Positions 49,386-62,399 of a stretch of DNA of 64,000 nucleotides are shown here, one piece after another. The DNA comes from Nymphaea colorata (Eukaryota): contig NC_045138.2 in the NCBI RefSeq assembly GCF_008831285.2, forward strand, positions 34,472,001-34,536,000, given 5' to 3'. Each line of letters starts with the position of its first letter. The stretch's first letter is position 1. The notes under the pieces were generated by a model. That model saw only the letters and a program-made list of their open reading frames with translations. It had not been told where the DNA came from and did no database searches. A program made the position numbers and the translations under genes.

Positions 49386-52300
49386 TGATGGCACAGTCTC
49401 CAAACTTTTTGGAGGTGTTATCTAAAAAACCCCTAGAAAGAAGTGCGGCTTGCATGCACGTATACTCCAAAGCCCCTTTAACATTCCTACACTCATATTT
49501 ATTTATCGTTTCCCTTCTATTTATTTGGTGAGCCGGCCTGTACTGCTGAATTAATTGTGAATCGATAAAGATTAGTGTTATGCTCAATATTTAAAAACTG
49601 AAAACATACAAATAAGAACAAAAAACTGCAAACAGATATTTAAATAATAAGACATAAGTCAAGGGTGTTGCGCATGGCGTCCTTGTCTAGGCCAATGGAT
49701 AAAATAAGTTAGTTTCAGATTTAATTAGAATCAGGCCCATTTTTATGAGACAGTAGTTCAAGATCTCTCGCGCTGACGGAGATGTCATTCAGTAGTTTAT
49801 AACAAATTATGACATTACATATTATATATATATATGTATCTTCTGAGCGATGCGTCATGTTATTTATTTAGTCAACCTACGTACATTCGACTATGCTCCT
49901 GTACAATATATGCAGCTTAATTTCGAGTTCGCATACTTGAGGTCGACATCATGCCTTGAATACGATCTTTCGGAAAGAGAAAGGAAGCAAAGGAGGAGAT
50001 GAGAAGAAATTAGGTAGCATGCAGTACGAAGACAGCTGCCGTTGTTTGCAGCACCCAGTGGATCTAGTCTGAAGGGCGGAGAGTTCTACTGTATATCAAA
50101 CTGAACAGAGCAAGGAGTAAATGACATCACAAAAACTTCAAAAAGCATTAAAGGAAGTGAAAGCTCGATCCAAGGGAAGGATGGCAATGAACCATGCAAC
50201 TTGCATTACGGTAATCAATGAGAAGTAAGTCAGCACAACTGTTGATAATCAGTAGTTCATTTCATGCACCAATTATTCCTGCAGCAACAGAACCAGTGAG
50301 TGGACTGCCGCATGTGGGGACACACCTTATCCCCCTCCGACGACCGACGATCAATCCTTCATCTCCATGATTACGACAATGCAAATTAAGCTAAGCGTAA
50401 GAACCAATTACCTTTTTTCTAGCATGATATGCACGCATCAACGTTATCCATCATGGACACTTGATCCCTAGCATGAAAACGTGCTTTTGGTGCATTAACA
50501 GTGACTTTGAAGAAGGAAGAATCAAACTCGATCCACAAAAGAAAGTTTACATTCTCTTCGTATGTAGTTCTTCAATGAATTTTGCAAAACCCTTGGAAAA
50601 CATGAATGTTTGCTCTGTGTTGAAGACATCTAAATGTCAAAACATATGTTTTCTCATATCTATAAGTTGAGATTAATCAAAATATATTTATGCACTTCCT
50701 GATACTTATCAGCAGTCAAATCGTTACCACTTGAATTTCGGCAGAACCCGCGCCAACATGACATGACTGCATTGCACGCATCGGTCATCGCTCTATGCTT
50801 CCAACTTACAAATATACTTTTTGAAATGTTGTGTTCTTCGAACGAAATTCCAAAAACATTTAAATTTACAGTCCTCTGCATCACAACGAACTAATTCAAG
50901 AGCAAAATCGTATGCTTTAAACAACAAACTAAAATCACATTAATGGGAAAGGAAAAAGTGCGTAAGGAATTTATTGTGAAGGAGTTCCGCGAAATCTGTT
51001 TCCCAGGCCCATTTTTTTGGAACGGAAATTTTCTAATCTCTGTCACCACATTGTGTGTGCTTGTCGTTACTGAAACATCAAACACATGGAGATTAATCTA
51101 AAGCTGACACATGTTTTTACAGTTCTTGACGCTGACTTCAATCATGCGTGTGATTTAATTTGTCATTTAAAGTAAGCGGCAACTCACTGAAAAACGTCAA
51201 GTTAAAAAAATTAAGGTAATGTATCTTCTTGAAAAACGATCTTAGAGTTAAGTGTCTTTTTGAGAATCGTCTAATTAGGTGGATTATGAATAATTGAAAC
51301 TAACGAATGGAAGGGTGTTGACATAATTTGGCAGCGGTTACATTCTCCTAGTCACAGAAAAAAAATTATGATCCCTCCACCTTTGTTTACTTAAAGGGTT
51401 ATTTTGGTTATAATGATTTCCATCCCACATATTACTGATGGTCCAAGTTTTCTATTATTCTTTGTTTTGTTCTTATGTTAATTAAAGAAATGGAAACTAA
51501 TGGGTTCACCCTGGATGAATGGTGTCATGATCTGAAGCTGCACTACATAATATATGGCTCCAGCGGAGAACCGGCCGCAAAAGATGGCCCAACACATTAT
51601 CCACATAAGAATCACTTCTCCTTTATAACCGCCCCTTGGAAACTCCTACGATCAATCACTAAAGTAGAGACTAGAAGGTGGGAGGAAAGTCATTAATATT
51701 TGATCTTCTATTTGAAAATGATCAGTTAGCATCAGAACACGTATAGATTGAAAATGACTCTTCATTTTCATATCAGAAGGGGCCAAATGAAGCCTGAGCT
51801 CTTCGACACGTATATGAATTTAAGTAGCCGCCCCCGAATTCTTGTTAGAGTAACTGACATATATTAAAGGGCCTCTGCGTTTCACCCTAGCTCGGTGCCA
51901 AAGAAATCACCAGAACGTGAAATTCTGGTTCCCCTCCCCGTTAAACACACACACACACACACACACACTCTCTCACAGAGAGAGAGAGAGAGAGAGAGAG
52001 GGAAAGGAATACGTTCCTAGTTTTCCAAAAGTAAGAATCAACCAAGGCAGTGTGAAGGATTTACTGTTTTCCTTTGTTGCATTATGTCCAAACACCGATT
52101 GTTTATAATATTAATTCTAACAATGACAATGAACTTTTTCTCTAATCTGGAAGGTCCGGTTCGGTACCATTTGATTGTGGCTACATACATCAGCGCCAAT
52201 GCATCTACCCATCGAGTCCCTCTGCATTATAATTAATGTTTTAACCACATGAAATTAAGAGTACTTACAAGACGCACAATAAATTGGATTTTGGGAGATA

Positions 52301-52703
52301 ATTGAGCTCCCTCTGGAAGCAGATCGTCTATGGCCGTCCGATATATAATTAGGAGACAGAAGCTAGCAGAACCCGTTTCATATTTGGATTGAAAGCTGCC
52401 GGGAAAACTTTTAATTTGCATCCGCATAAGAACCTTGGAGCCGAATCTGGATTTGGTTTCGGAGTTAATCCCAAGGACCCTATAAGCGAATCTTAACTAA
52501 TGCACTTATACATGGTAGATCACATTCGCCCGCTTAGCCCACCTTAATTAGTATGTAGCTGGTTGTTTGTGTTGCTTGCTTTCTTCTCCGATACTGTTTT
52601 TTTCGCACCTGCTTTCCTTTTCTTGTTCTTATGCTCAATCACATCGTAAAAACCATAAAACCATGCATGATTGCTTTACGCTTTTATGTGCTCTCTCTCT
52701 CTC

Positions 52704-52743
<40 letters not shown>

Positions 52744-53232
52744 CAGACACTCGCGCTCCGGGGGAGGCATACACATGATGTTGTAACTGCGTGCAAGCAA
52801 GGCATGAACATAATAACGAAGCCGCGTCTGGTGTGAGCCAGTAAGCATTTATTGTGAGATCGCAGAGGGAAGGTGAGGCTGAAAACTCGAAAATTTATTG
52901 CTGGAATCCCAGTCAATTGGTAAGAAAAAATAAAGTAAATAAAAAAACGCATAACAGTTTAATGCTACCGAACGTAAATGCTCCCCCCCACCCCGGGGCG
53001 CTCTCTCTCTCTCTATAAGAACTAAGAATATGCAAATCTGCTTGTTTGCACTAATTCTGAATTTTTCCATGATCAAAATAGAGTATTAGTCTTTTAAGAT
53101 CTTACGCATTTTCCATCTTTCGCGTTTACAAATGCCTAGAGTATGCATGCAGATACAGTAATTTATAATGACGTTTGACAGATAATTGCAGTAAAATTTC
53201 TCTCAACAACGTTACTCCCTCTCTCTCTAAAA

Positions 53233-53240
53233 TAAATGCA
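53233..53240 (+). promoter_or_regulatory. L1 box (TAAATGCA) upstream of the distal HD-ZIP IV first exon
   Basis: Exact TAAATG(C/T)A, immediately before a CT-rich/GA-rich leader. L1 boxes are known HD-ZIP IV binding sites, but the 8-mer also occurs by chance elsewhere in the window. Confidence 0.55.
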
Positions 53241-53624
53241 TCCACTACTCTCGGTTTTTGCCCCCATCCAACCCTTTCGTTTCCTCTCCCACCTCACTGT
53301 GAAGGCTCTCCTCTTTCCCTCCTTTTGAACATTCTGAGGGGGGAGAGAGAGAAAGAGAGAGAAGTAGAAGTCCATACACGGCCAGGAACACGGCGTTGAT
53401 GCTGGTGTCTACCTTCGTCTTTCCTTTATAATGACCTCCTGAAACGGTCGGGAACGGCATCAACGGTGTGTTTCTTCCTTCCTTGACAGGTTCTTGCGAT
53501 GAATGATGGCCTGCTTCACAGAGAAATGGATGTCGGTATGAACGAAAACCTGGACACCAGTTGGCTCTTTGAAAATCACAAATGGATCCCTCCTATTCTG
53601 AAGAGAACTCCATCATCAGTAAGT

Positions 53625-53658
<34 letters not shown>

Positions 53659-53866
53659 TTGTGTTCTTGCTTCCGTTGTCATTTTTAAATCGGCATCCGA
53701 ATGCAGGAAGGACCTCCTTCCAGTTATCATGTTTGTAGATGTTAAGTAACCTACGGTGTTCTTTTCATCGAGATAAGTGTGGAGCATCTGAGAGCGCAAG
53801 GGCCTTGTTCTCAGGGATGATGGTGTCAAAAGCAAGTCCCCATTGTCAAACCTAGTTCTAGGAAAG

Positions 53867-53923
53867 TCATATGCAGATGATCATAAGCAGAGTTGTCATA
53901 TGCAGATGATCATAAGCAGAGTT
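53867..53923. repeat. 28-29-bp tandem duplication
   Basis: GTCATATGCAGATGATCATAAGCAGAGTT repeated twice. Confidence 0.85.
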
Positions 53924-54043
53924 AAAATTTCGGGTTCAAAAGGGAGCCTCCTCTGACTGTTTAGTACTTGTTAATGACAGATTTTGCTGCGTAGGTTCGA
54001 GTATACTGCTATGTAAACCATCATGTAAAAAGCGATAACAATT

Positions 54044-54051
54044 TAAATGTA
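54044..54051 (+). promoter_or_regulatory. L1 box (TAAATGTA) about 60 nt upstream of the proximal HD-ZIP IV ATG
   Basis: Exact consensus match, followed by a GA-rich leader and the ATG at 54111. Confidence 0.45.
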
Positions 54052-54110
54052 TACTGGGATCGATACCCATAACGTAAGGCGAGAGAGAGTGAGTTGAGAG
54101 AGAGAGAAAG

Positions 54111-56718
54111 ATGGCCGGAATAACGATTCCGGCAGTGCATGTGATATCTATGATGGCCACCCATGCTCAAACAGGTAACAGATTTGGCTGTACAACCATG
54201 AAAACAAAGCAGGTGAGGGCTCTCTATCTCGAAAGAACTAGGCAAGGGGAAAGAAAACATAAATTAAACACATAAGGAGAATGTCAAGCTTCTCGACTTC
54301 CTTTAGAGTGCGAACATCCATCACTCCTCGATAAAACAAAAATACACATTAAGAAAGGTTGCTACCATCCCCAATTTAGGGAATCCATTTTGGTATGCGA
54401 GAGGACGCATAAAGTTCACCCTTGTATATATCAACCCCTCTCTCGTGCAAACTTCATTTCCTGTCCGTTTTGCTCCTTTTCTTGTCCTGGGCTTGATTTC
54501 TGTGTGTTTGATAAACTTTCGTGCTTTTCTGTTCGATTCTATTTAACCTTTTATAAGAGTGAAAAGAAAAATCCGTGCGTGATAAAAGTTTGCGTTTTTT
54601 CCTTCAGCCGAACCTGCTGGACGGACAAGTTGACATCAGTCATTCAACAGAGGGTGAGATGGCCTCCGTTAAGATGAGGGAAGATGACTTCGAGAGTAAA
54701 TCTGGAAGCGAAAATCTTGAGGGTGCTTCCGGCGAGGATAACGATCATGAACGGCGGCCTAAGAAGAAGAGATACCATCGACACACTCAGCACCAGATTC
54801 AAGAAATGGAAGCGTACGACACATCGCTAAGTGTTCACTAATTTAACATGCCCTCTTCATTGCAAGTCAACCCTTTACATGCTGCATCTTATTAAATTTG
54901 CTCGTCTATATTTTTTTTCTGTTAGCTAGATTAACAATAAAACCATTGTTTTCCTTTTTATTGTTTTTCCTTTCATGGAGGAGTTAGCCTTTCTGAAATG
55001 TAGACTTCAAAATTACGTAGACAATGGAGGCAAAAAAATCACTGTACCGTTTGATGCAAAATTTTCGGTATCTGCAGGTTTTTCAAAGAGTGCCCACATC
55101 CAGATGATAAACAAAGGAAGGAGTTAAGCCGGGAGTTGGGGCTGGAGCCCCTTCAAGTAAAATTTTGGTTCCAAAACAAGCGCACTCAAATGAAGGTAAA
55201 ATATGCAAAAAATTGGAAAGTATTCAAAATTCTTGTGGACGATAGAGACATAGAAGGCCATTAGTATCCTGTGAAAGCAGCAAGCTATTTGTTAATCTTT
55301 TCCCTTTCCGATCGGATCGTTTTCCCTTTTCTCTCCAGACACAACATGAGCGCCATGAGAATGCACAACTCAGAGCGGAAAATGAGAAGCTTCAAGCTGA
55401 GAACATGAGGTATAAGGAGGCCCTGGGAAATGCTTCCTGCCCGAGCTGTGGTGGTGCTACTGCTTTGGGTGAAATGTCATTTGACGAACAGCACTTAAGG
55501 ATAGAAAACACTCGTCTCAGAGAGGAGGTACTGCCATACGACAACTTATTGACAGTGATCACAATTCACAACTTAGCATACTACTTATCTTCTTTGTAAT
55601 GCCCGAAGCATGACATATTATATATTCCAACTCAATGAGCAAAATTGGTGTCTTGAATATTATAAATTTAGTAATTGTCGGAGTGAAAAAAGTCTTTCCA
55701 TTACTATCACTTGATTCTTAGAATGCAAAACCATGCATTTGAGAGAGGATTTCTTCGTCCTCTTTGTTTTGTTTTGTTTTGTTTTTTTTTCCTTTCTGTT
55801 TTCACGAGAAAAGAAGACTGTAGATAAGATATTATGTCAAAATTATGATTTTAAGCACCAAACCAAGATGGCACGGTTACTTGCAGATCGACAGGATCTC
55901 TGGCATTGCTGCCAAGTATGTTGGGAAGCCAATGGTTTCGTACTCACCATTGTTGCCGCCTATCTCACGCTCTTCTATAGACCTTGGGGTCGGGAACTTT
56001 GGGCCAAGCATGGGAGGGGAGATGTTTGGAGGTGGGGAGCTGTTGAACAAGCCAGTGGCAGCGCAGTTGGAGATAGAGAAGCCTATGGTCATAGAACTTG
56101 CCGTTGCTGCAATGGAGGAACTCATCAGAATGGCACAATTAGGCCAACCCCTGTGGACTCCAGGCGGCGTCGATGATTCTGCTGAAGTACTATGCGAGGA
56201 GGAATACCTTCGGACGTTTCCACGAGGGATTGGGCCTAAGCCCTTGGGCATGAAATCTGAGGCATCTCGAGAGACGGCGGTTGTGATAATGAATCCAAGC
56301 AACTTGGTGGAGATCCTTATGGATGTGGTGAGAACATTAGCCTCAATCTGTTAGGCCGTCGCATGAACTGCACGGCATATTTTTCTAATGCATGGTTTGT
56401 TCAGTACTTAGTCTTGCAGACGAAAGAAGCGGACGGTGAGATGCATATAGCATGTGTTTGGATACTTACAGGACATGTTAATACTGGTTTACGATTTTAA
56501 GCTGATATGCATGGGCTTGGACAGCAACTCTATATAGCTCCGTCTTAGTTTCCAACTACAGAAAATGGCAATTAATCACACGCCCTTTCTTATTCTCAGA
56601 ATCAATGGTCAAGTATGTTTTTCCACATCATTTCAAAGGCATTAACCTTGGAGATTCTATCAACTGGAGTAGCAGGAAACTGGAATGGCGCATTACAAGT
56701 GGTCTCTCTCTTTCTCTC

Positions 56719-56755
<37 letters not shown>

Positions 56756-59700
56756 TTTCAAGCGCTTGACTGCTGAACGTTTAGAAGAAAATGTATGTAG
56801 CTTTTACTTGGACTTCACAGTGCGAGTTATAATTTTCCTCTTGCAGATGTCGGCGGAGTTTCAAATGCCCTCTCCACTAGTACCTACGAGGGAAAGCTAC
56901 TTTGTTAGATACTGCAAGCACCATCCGGATGGAAGCTGGGCGGTTGTTGACGTCTCCCTTGACAGTATACGACCAAATGCACAGCCAGTATTAAGGTGCA
57001 GAAGAAGACCATCAGGATGCCTGATCCAACAAATGCCTAATGGTTACTCAAAGGTTAGAATGATGATTTTTTTTTCTTTTCTGCAAATTGATTTCGGTAA
57101 CAAGATAACAGCCTGCTGTTGGCATGGGACTTGCCTTTGTTGCGTGAAAATGAAGTGATTCATCGTCTTTCCTCTTTGATCCTAAGCAGTCATGGTGCGG
57201 ATTTGTTGACATTAACTTGCATGCGCTTGATCATGATGAACATGCGCTCCGTGATTCATAAACGAACATGCTCCCATGGGAATAAAGACACCATGCATGC
57301 ATTTATGTACGTGCAACATCATGCCAAAATACGCCTGTTCAAATCTCATAATTGACATGCATCTGTGTTGCAGGATATGTGCGTTACGTCCATTAATACG
57401 GGCACTTGCATTTTTATCCACGTCTGTAGATTGGATGTCGGTACAAGCTTGTTTTTATCCACGTTGAGCTATGGACGTCGTTAATGTTTAGGGGAAAAAA
57501 TTTCATTGACGTGAGAATGGACACGCGTCGATAAATCTTGTTTTTTTGTCGACGTCTTATGAACGTCCAGTACAAGTTCTTTTGTCTATGTTTAGAATAT
57601 AGACGTCCGTAAAAGTCAAACGTCAAGAACATCCTAACGCCAATCACCAGTCAATACTCTTTTGGCCTAGAAGAACGTTGGTAAAAATTGCCTTTCACCG
57701 ACGTATCTTTTCCCCTATTTTTTTCTTTTTCTTTTTTTGTAGTGTCCCATCTTTGTTGTTTATTCTGGCCCATAGATATCACCTCCTACTGCCCTTAATT
57801 ACACTCTTCTCCGAGGGATCATCGGTGATGCCAACTCCATTATGCACAAGTCGAAGTGGAGCCTGTGCGGAGTTGAAATACAAGCTTCAGGGAAATCAAA
57901 TTCTCGTGGAAAACGAAAGAATGGAAATGGCGACCATATCAGCCGTTTCATTGCTTATCCGCCTTTGTATTATTCCTTTGGTCTGAGGAGATGGTCGTGC
58001 AATGCTCCTCCAGGGAGCTGCTGCTACCTTCTGAGTCTTCTTGTCAAGATAACTCCTCTCACTTCCCCCTGCATTAAATTAACTTCACTATGCAGAAGAA
58101 CCATAGCAAAATGGCTGATTATGCAGAACTATGCGAGGGGTGGAGCCGGCCCCTCACAACGCAAATTAAAGTTGTGTTCAGAATCCATAGAATCCAGCAT
58201 TGCACCCATGTGCACGTAGACACATACTGAGGATTATGCAATATAAGTCCAAATTGATTTGAAATCATTTTTACCTTGGAGAATGGACTCATCAAATTGC
58301 AGTGCAGGTTATGTGGGTGGAGCACGTTGAGGTAGACGACCGAGCAGTTCATAGCATATATAAGTCGCTTGTCAATTCTGGAATGGCCTTTGGTGCAAAG
58401 CGATGGGTATCCACTCTTGATAGGCAATGTGAACGGCTAGCGAGCGCCATGGCTAGTAACATCCCTCCAAGAGATGTTGGTGGTACGCAACGAAACAGAA
58501 AGCTGTTAAGTTACTAAGATTCAAACTTCTGGTTCCATGTAATCTTTCAAAAGCGTGGATACCCTCCAGAAAATCATCAACAAGTAGACGCCCTTCTGCA
58601 ATTTCTGATATATTGGGCTTTTATGGTTTTTCTTCTTTCTTTTTTTGCCAGTTATAACGAGTCCAGAGGGGAGGAGAAGCATGCTGAAGTTGGCAGAGAG
58701 AATGGTTATAAGTTTTTGCGCTGGTGTGGGTGCAACTACAACGCATACATGGACTACTCTGTCTGGAAACGAAGCAGAGGATGTGAGGGTGATGACAAGA
58801 AAGAGCATAGGTGATCCAGGAAGGCCGCCAGGCATTGTTCTAAGTGCAGCTACTTCCTTCTGGCTGCCTGTCCCTCCAAAGAGGGTCTTTGATTTCCTTC
58901 GGGATGAGAATTCAAGAAAGGAGGTAACATTAATCCCTGTCTATTAATCAGATCCAGAATTAGGTTGTTCTAGAGTTTCTTCAGATCAGGCTTGGTTGTC
59001 ATGCCTCTACAGATTTTATCGTCTTACCGTGTCTTCAAATGAACCAAGTCCCTCCAATTTAGGGATAGTTTTTTTCAAAAATAAAGAGGCATTGTCGGAA
59101 GTTCTATGCATATTTTAGAAAGAATGGCCGGTTACTTGTTGAAGCTAATGTTTTATTCTCGTGCTGATGACAGTGGGACATTCTCTCCAACGGAGGAGTA
59201 GTACAAGAAATGGCCCATATTGCCAACGGCCATGACCCTGGAAACTGCGTCTCGCTTCTACGAGTAAATGTAAGATATACACATTTGCAGCTCATTTCAT
59301 ATGTACAGTACAGAATTTGTTACACTTTTACTTTACCATTACATGCTTTTTCTTTTTTGGCTTTTTACGCATAATCTGCACTTAGGCAGTCATTCTGAGC
59401 CGCAGTCTCATATGCTGCTTAAAAGATTCTAGTTAGTACCTTACCATCAGGGCCCATATATGCATCCTTTCTCTTCTGTAGGCAGTCACCCTTGTGGGCT
59501 TTGAACTAATAGATCTGACTCCTTAATGAGAAGGTCTCCCACAGATGACAACAAATTCTTCATCTATCGTGTTTGAGGTCATATGGGATCGTCGGATGAG
59601 TATAGTCTTTTATGTCGTTGACAGCAATGAATGTGAAGTGCGTTACGTCTTTCTTTTTCAATTAACTTGAAGGGAAGTTTTCTCTTCGCTTCAAACACTA

Positions 59701-60503
59701 GCAGCTGTTTAGTTTAATCTCTCCATCAGTCCTCTTACGTGTCTCTGTATAAGCAGTCCGTCTACCTGCCATGGACATGTTCCGGCCCATTCATATTACT
59801 AAAGTCTGCTTATTGGCATGACGCTGCTAATTTAGCAATACCTCCATTCAACACAAGGGATGATTTCAAAATTTTCAGTTTTGGCATTTGAGATATTAAT
59901 TAATGGACTACGATTCACCGTGTATCTCTACAAGGTTCTGTGCTTTCGATGTTGACTACAGTATGCCAAATGCTTGTCTTCGTGCGTGACTGGACGTTGT
60001 GTGGGTTTGTGCATATGTCGTGTTAAAAGGAATAAGTCATTACTGAAATCTCTGCAACCATCTAATCCAAATGCATGTAATTATTTTCTTTAAATTCAAC
60101 GTCTGTGGCTTTTCAGAGCACAAATTCAAATCAAAGCAATATGTTAATACTGCAAGAGAGCTGCACGGATGCATCAGGGTCGTATGTGGTGTATGCACCG
60201 GTGGACATTGTAGCCATGAATGCCGTGCTAACAGGTGGGGACCCAGAATGCGTGGCTCTTCTTCCCTCAGGGTTCGCCATATTGCCAGACGGGCCGACCG
60301 CCACCACCACCCAGAGCGGAACGGCAGAGGTAGGAGCTACTGGAGGAGGAGGGGGAGGGTCACTTTTAACGGTGGCGTTCCAGATCTTGGTCGACTCCGC
60401 CCCCAACGCCAAGCTCTCACTGGGATCAGTGGCAACAGTTAACAGCCTCATCGCTTGCACCGTCGATAGGATCAAAGCTGCGGTTACGTGCGACACTGCA
60501 TGA
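54111..60503 (+). CDS. Homeobox-leucine zipper class IV (HD-ZIP IV) transcription factor, HDG2/ML1/PDF2/ROC-like, about 764 aa
   Basis: Exons 54111-54212, 54608-54813, 55078-55195, 55339-55527, 55887-56327, 56600-56701, 56847-57053, 58308-58482, 58652-58923, 59174-59269 and 60117-60503 (2295 nt). Homeodomain KKKRYHRHT...[13 protein letters not shown], zipper-loop-zipper with CPSCGG, START domain ([21 protein letters not shown]), C-terminal [11 protein letters not shown]. Confidence 0.96.
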
Positions 60504-60571
60504 TGCCTCGTCCTGCTCTCCCATTTACGTATGCTTCAATCTTCCTTCCTGATTTATTATGATCATTTCTG

Positions 60572-60604
<33 letters not shown>

Positions 60605-61309
60605 TTAATTAAGGTAGATTAAGAATCGCATTGAGTGACTTTTTTTTTTTTTTTGTTGAGGGGGAGTAGTAATCGCAGCTACCGGCTTTATCTATCGGGC
60701 CCATGGAAAAAAGCGGGGAGCGAAGGGTTTCTTATCCGTTCTATCCACGGTTCTCTTGTTGAATGTGTTTCGGAGACCATACTTTTTATCGTTTCTGTAA
60801 CTTTTCGAAGACTGTGCGTATTAGTGCTTGGGGAAAGGGCTGATGTACAGGAGTTTCTTCGGGAGGCGATAGATGTTTAAGTTGACTAGTGAGGAACGTC
60901 ATATCATACATAGCAGCGGCAGCGGCGGAGTAATTATTTGTTTACAGGAAGAAATGAAATATTTATATGGCTCTGCTGAGTGCCGACTGTGGGGGGGGTG
61001 AGGGGCCTCTAGCTGAGCAAGTGTTGAGCTTGCGTTCTCAACTACGCATGTTCCTGCGCATGGGGACAAAACCTCTGATGATGCAAGCAAGCAAACAGAA
61101 CGACGATTTGGGTTGGCGTTGTCCTCAGTTAAAAATTCACCATCATTTTGAAAATTGTGCAATTTGCAATTCTTTTTCTTTCCCCGCAGGATCTTTTTTT
61201 TATGTTTGGTGCTTCTCTCTCTCACCTTTTCCATTCATCACCTTTATGTGCATGTGCATTTGTGCAGTCAGTAACAAAGGAGGGGTGAAGGGAAAGGCCA
61301 GCCTTTTTG

Positions 61310-61404
61310 GAAGTCAAGAACGCACCTCTGATGCACCTTGCCACGTGGTGTTGGGGCTTCAGAAGCAACGCACATGCAAGAGTATTGGTTCGGGTATTGA
61401 CTTC
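61310..61404 (+). promoter_or_regulatory. Conserved paired HD-ZIP IV 3'UTR motifs (stem-loop element)
   Basis: GAAGTCAAGAACGCACC (61310-61326) and GGTTCGGGTATTGACTTC (61387-61404) are partly complementary and match motifs recalled from HD-ZIP IV 3'UTRs. Confidence 0.8.
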
Positions 61405-62399
61405 ACCACTTATTAATTAAACAAAATATATATAAATATAATACTTAGTCCGTCTTCTTGCCTTTGACCTTGTGAGCCCAATGGAGAGGTCCTTTCGTTT
61501 CCTCTTTTGAAGAATTAGGGTTTAGGGACAATGTGTGTCATTTTGTAACTTACTTCTCTCTTGTTTTGTTTTGTTTTATTTATCTATAGTCGATCGTCAT
61601 GATATTTGTTTGATGTTTGGCACAAGTTGGTGGGACGGAAATTAACAGCAGATCGCGTGTTTCATTGGAAGGAAATTAAGGGTGGAGTTTGATTTTCTAC
61701 TACCATTTTAAACAATTTGTTTAGTTTTTTCTTCTTTCCTCGAAATTTCTCCATTCCTTTTCTACGAAAACGAGAAAGAATTTAATAATTTCATGAGCAA
61801 CTGAGACCAGCGTGCCTTTATTCATGAACTTGTATTTATTATCGAAGATTGAGGGGCCGGCCCCGTAGCTTGACGGAATGCAATTAAGTTGATGCATGCT
61901 GGGTGCCCGTAGAAAGGGGGAAACTCCCGCTTCCAAGCATATGCACAATATATATGCATGGCACTCCAGTTTCGGTGCGACGTTGTTGATTGATTTATGC
62001 TCTTGACCTAAAGATAGGGCGCGTTGACACTCGGCAAGATGTTGGTGTCGTGATCATCCATATCTAATTCCAAGGAGGTGACGGATGTCTCTTAGAATGT
62101 AGTCTGCCCAAGACAATTAATTTGTTAACATTTAATTATCTTCATTATGATATTAAAGTGCTGGCTCCCAGGAGTCATACATTGCCAAATATTAATGCAT
62201 CCTTTCCGGTCCTTTAAATTGGCTGATCGATCGGTAGGTGCTTGTATTCGTACGTTTTCATTCCGCAACATTCTCTTCACTATGATTCCTTCCTTTCGGA
62301 AAATCGATGAGCAGTTTACGAATCAACAAAAACAAAAACAGATGGTAAAAAAAGAAATTGATTTTTGCACCTGTGACGAGTAGGCTGCACTGCGATGGC

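Noticed and set aside
61515..61527. TTAGGGTTTAGGG telomere-like repeat
   Set aside because: Only about two units, so at most a telo-box and not an interstitial telomere array.
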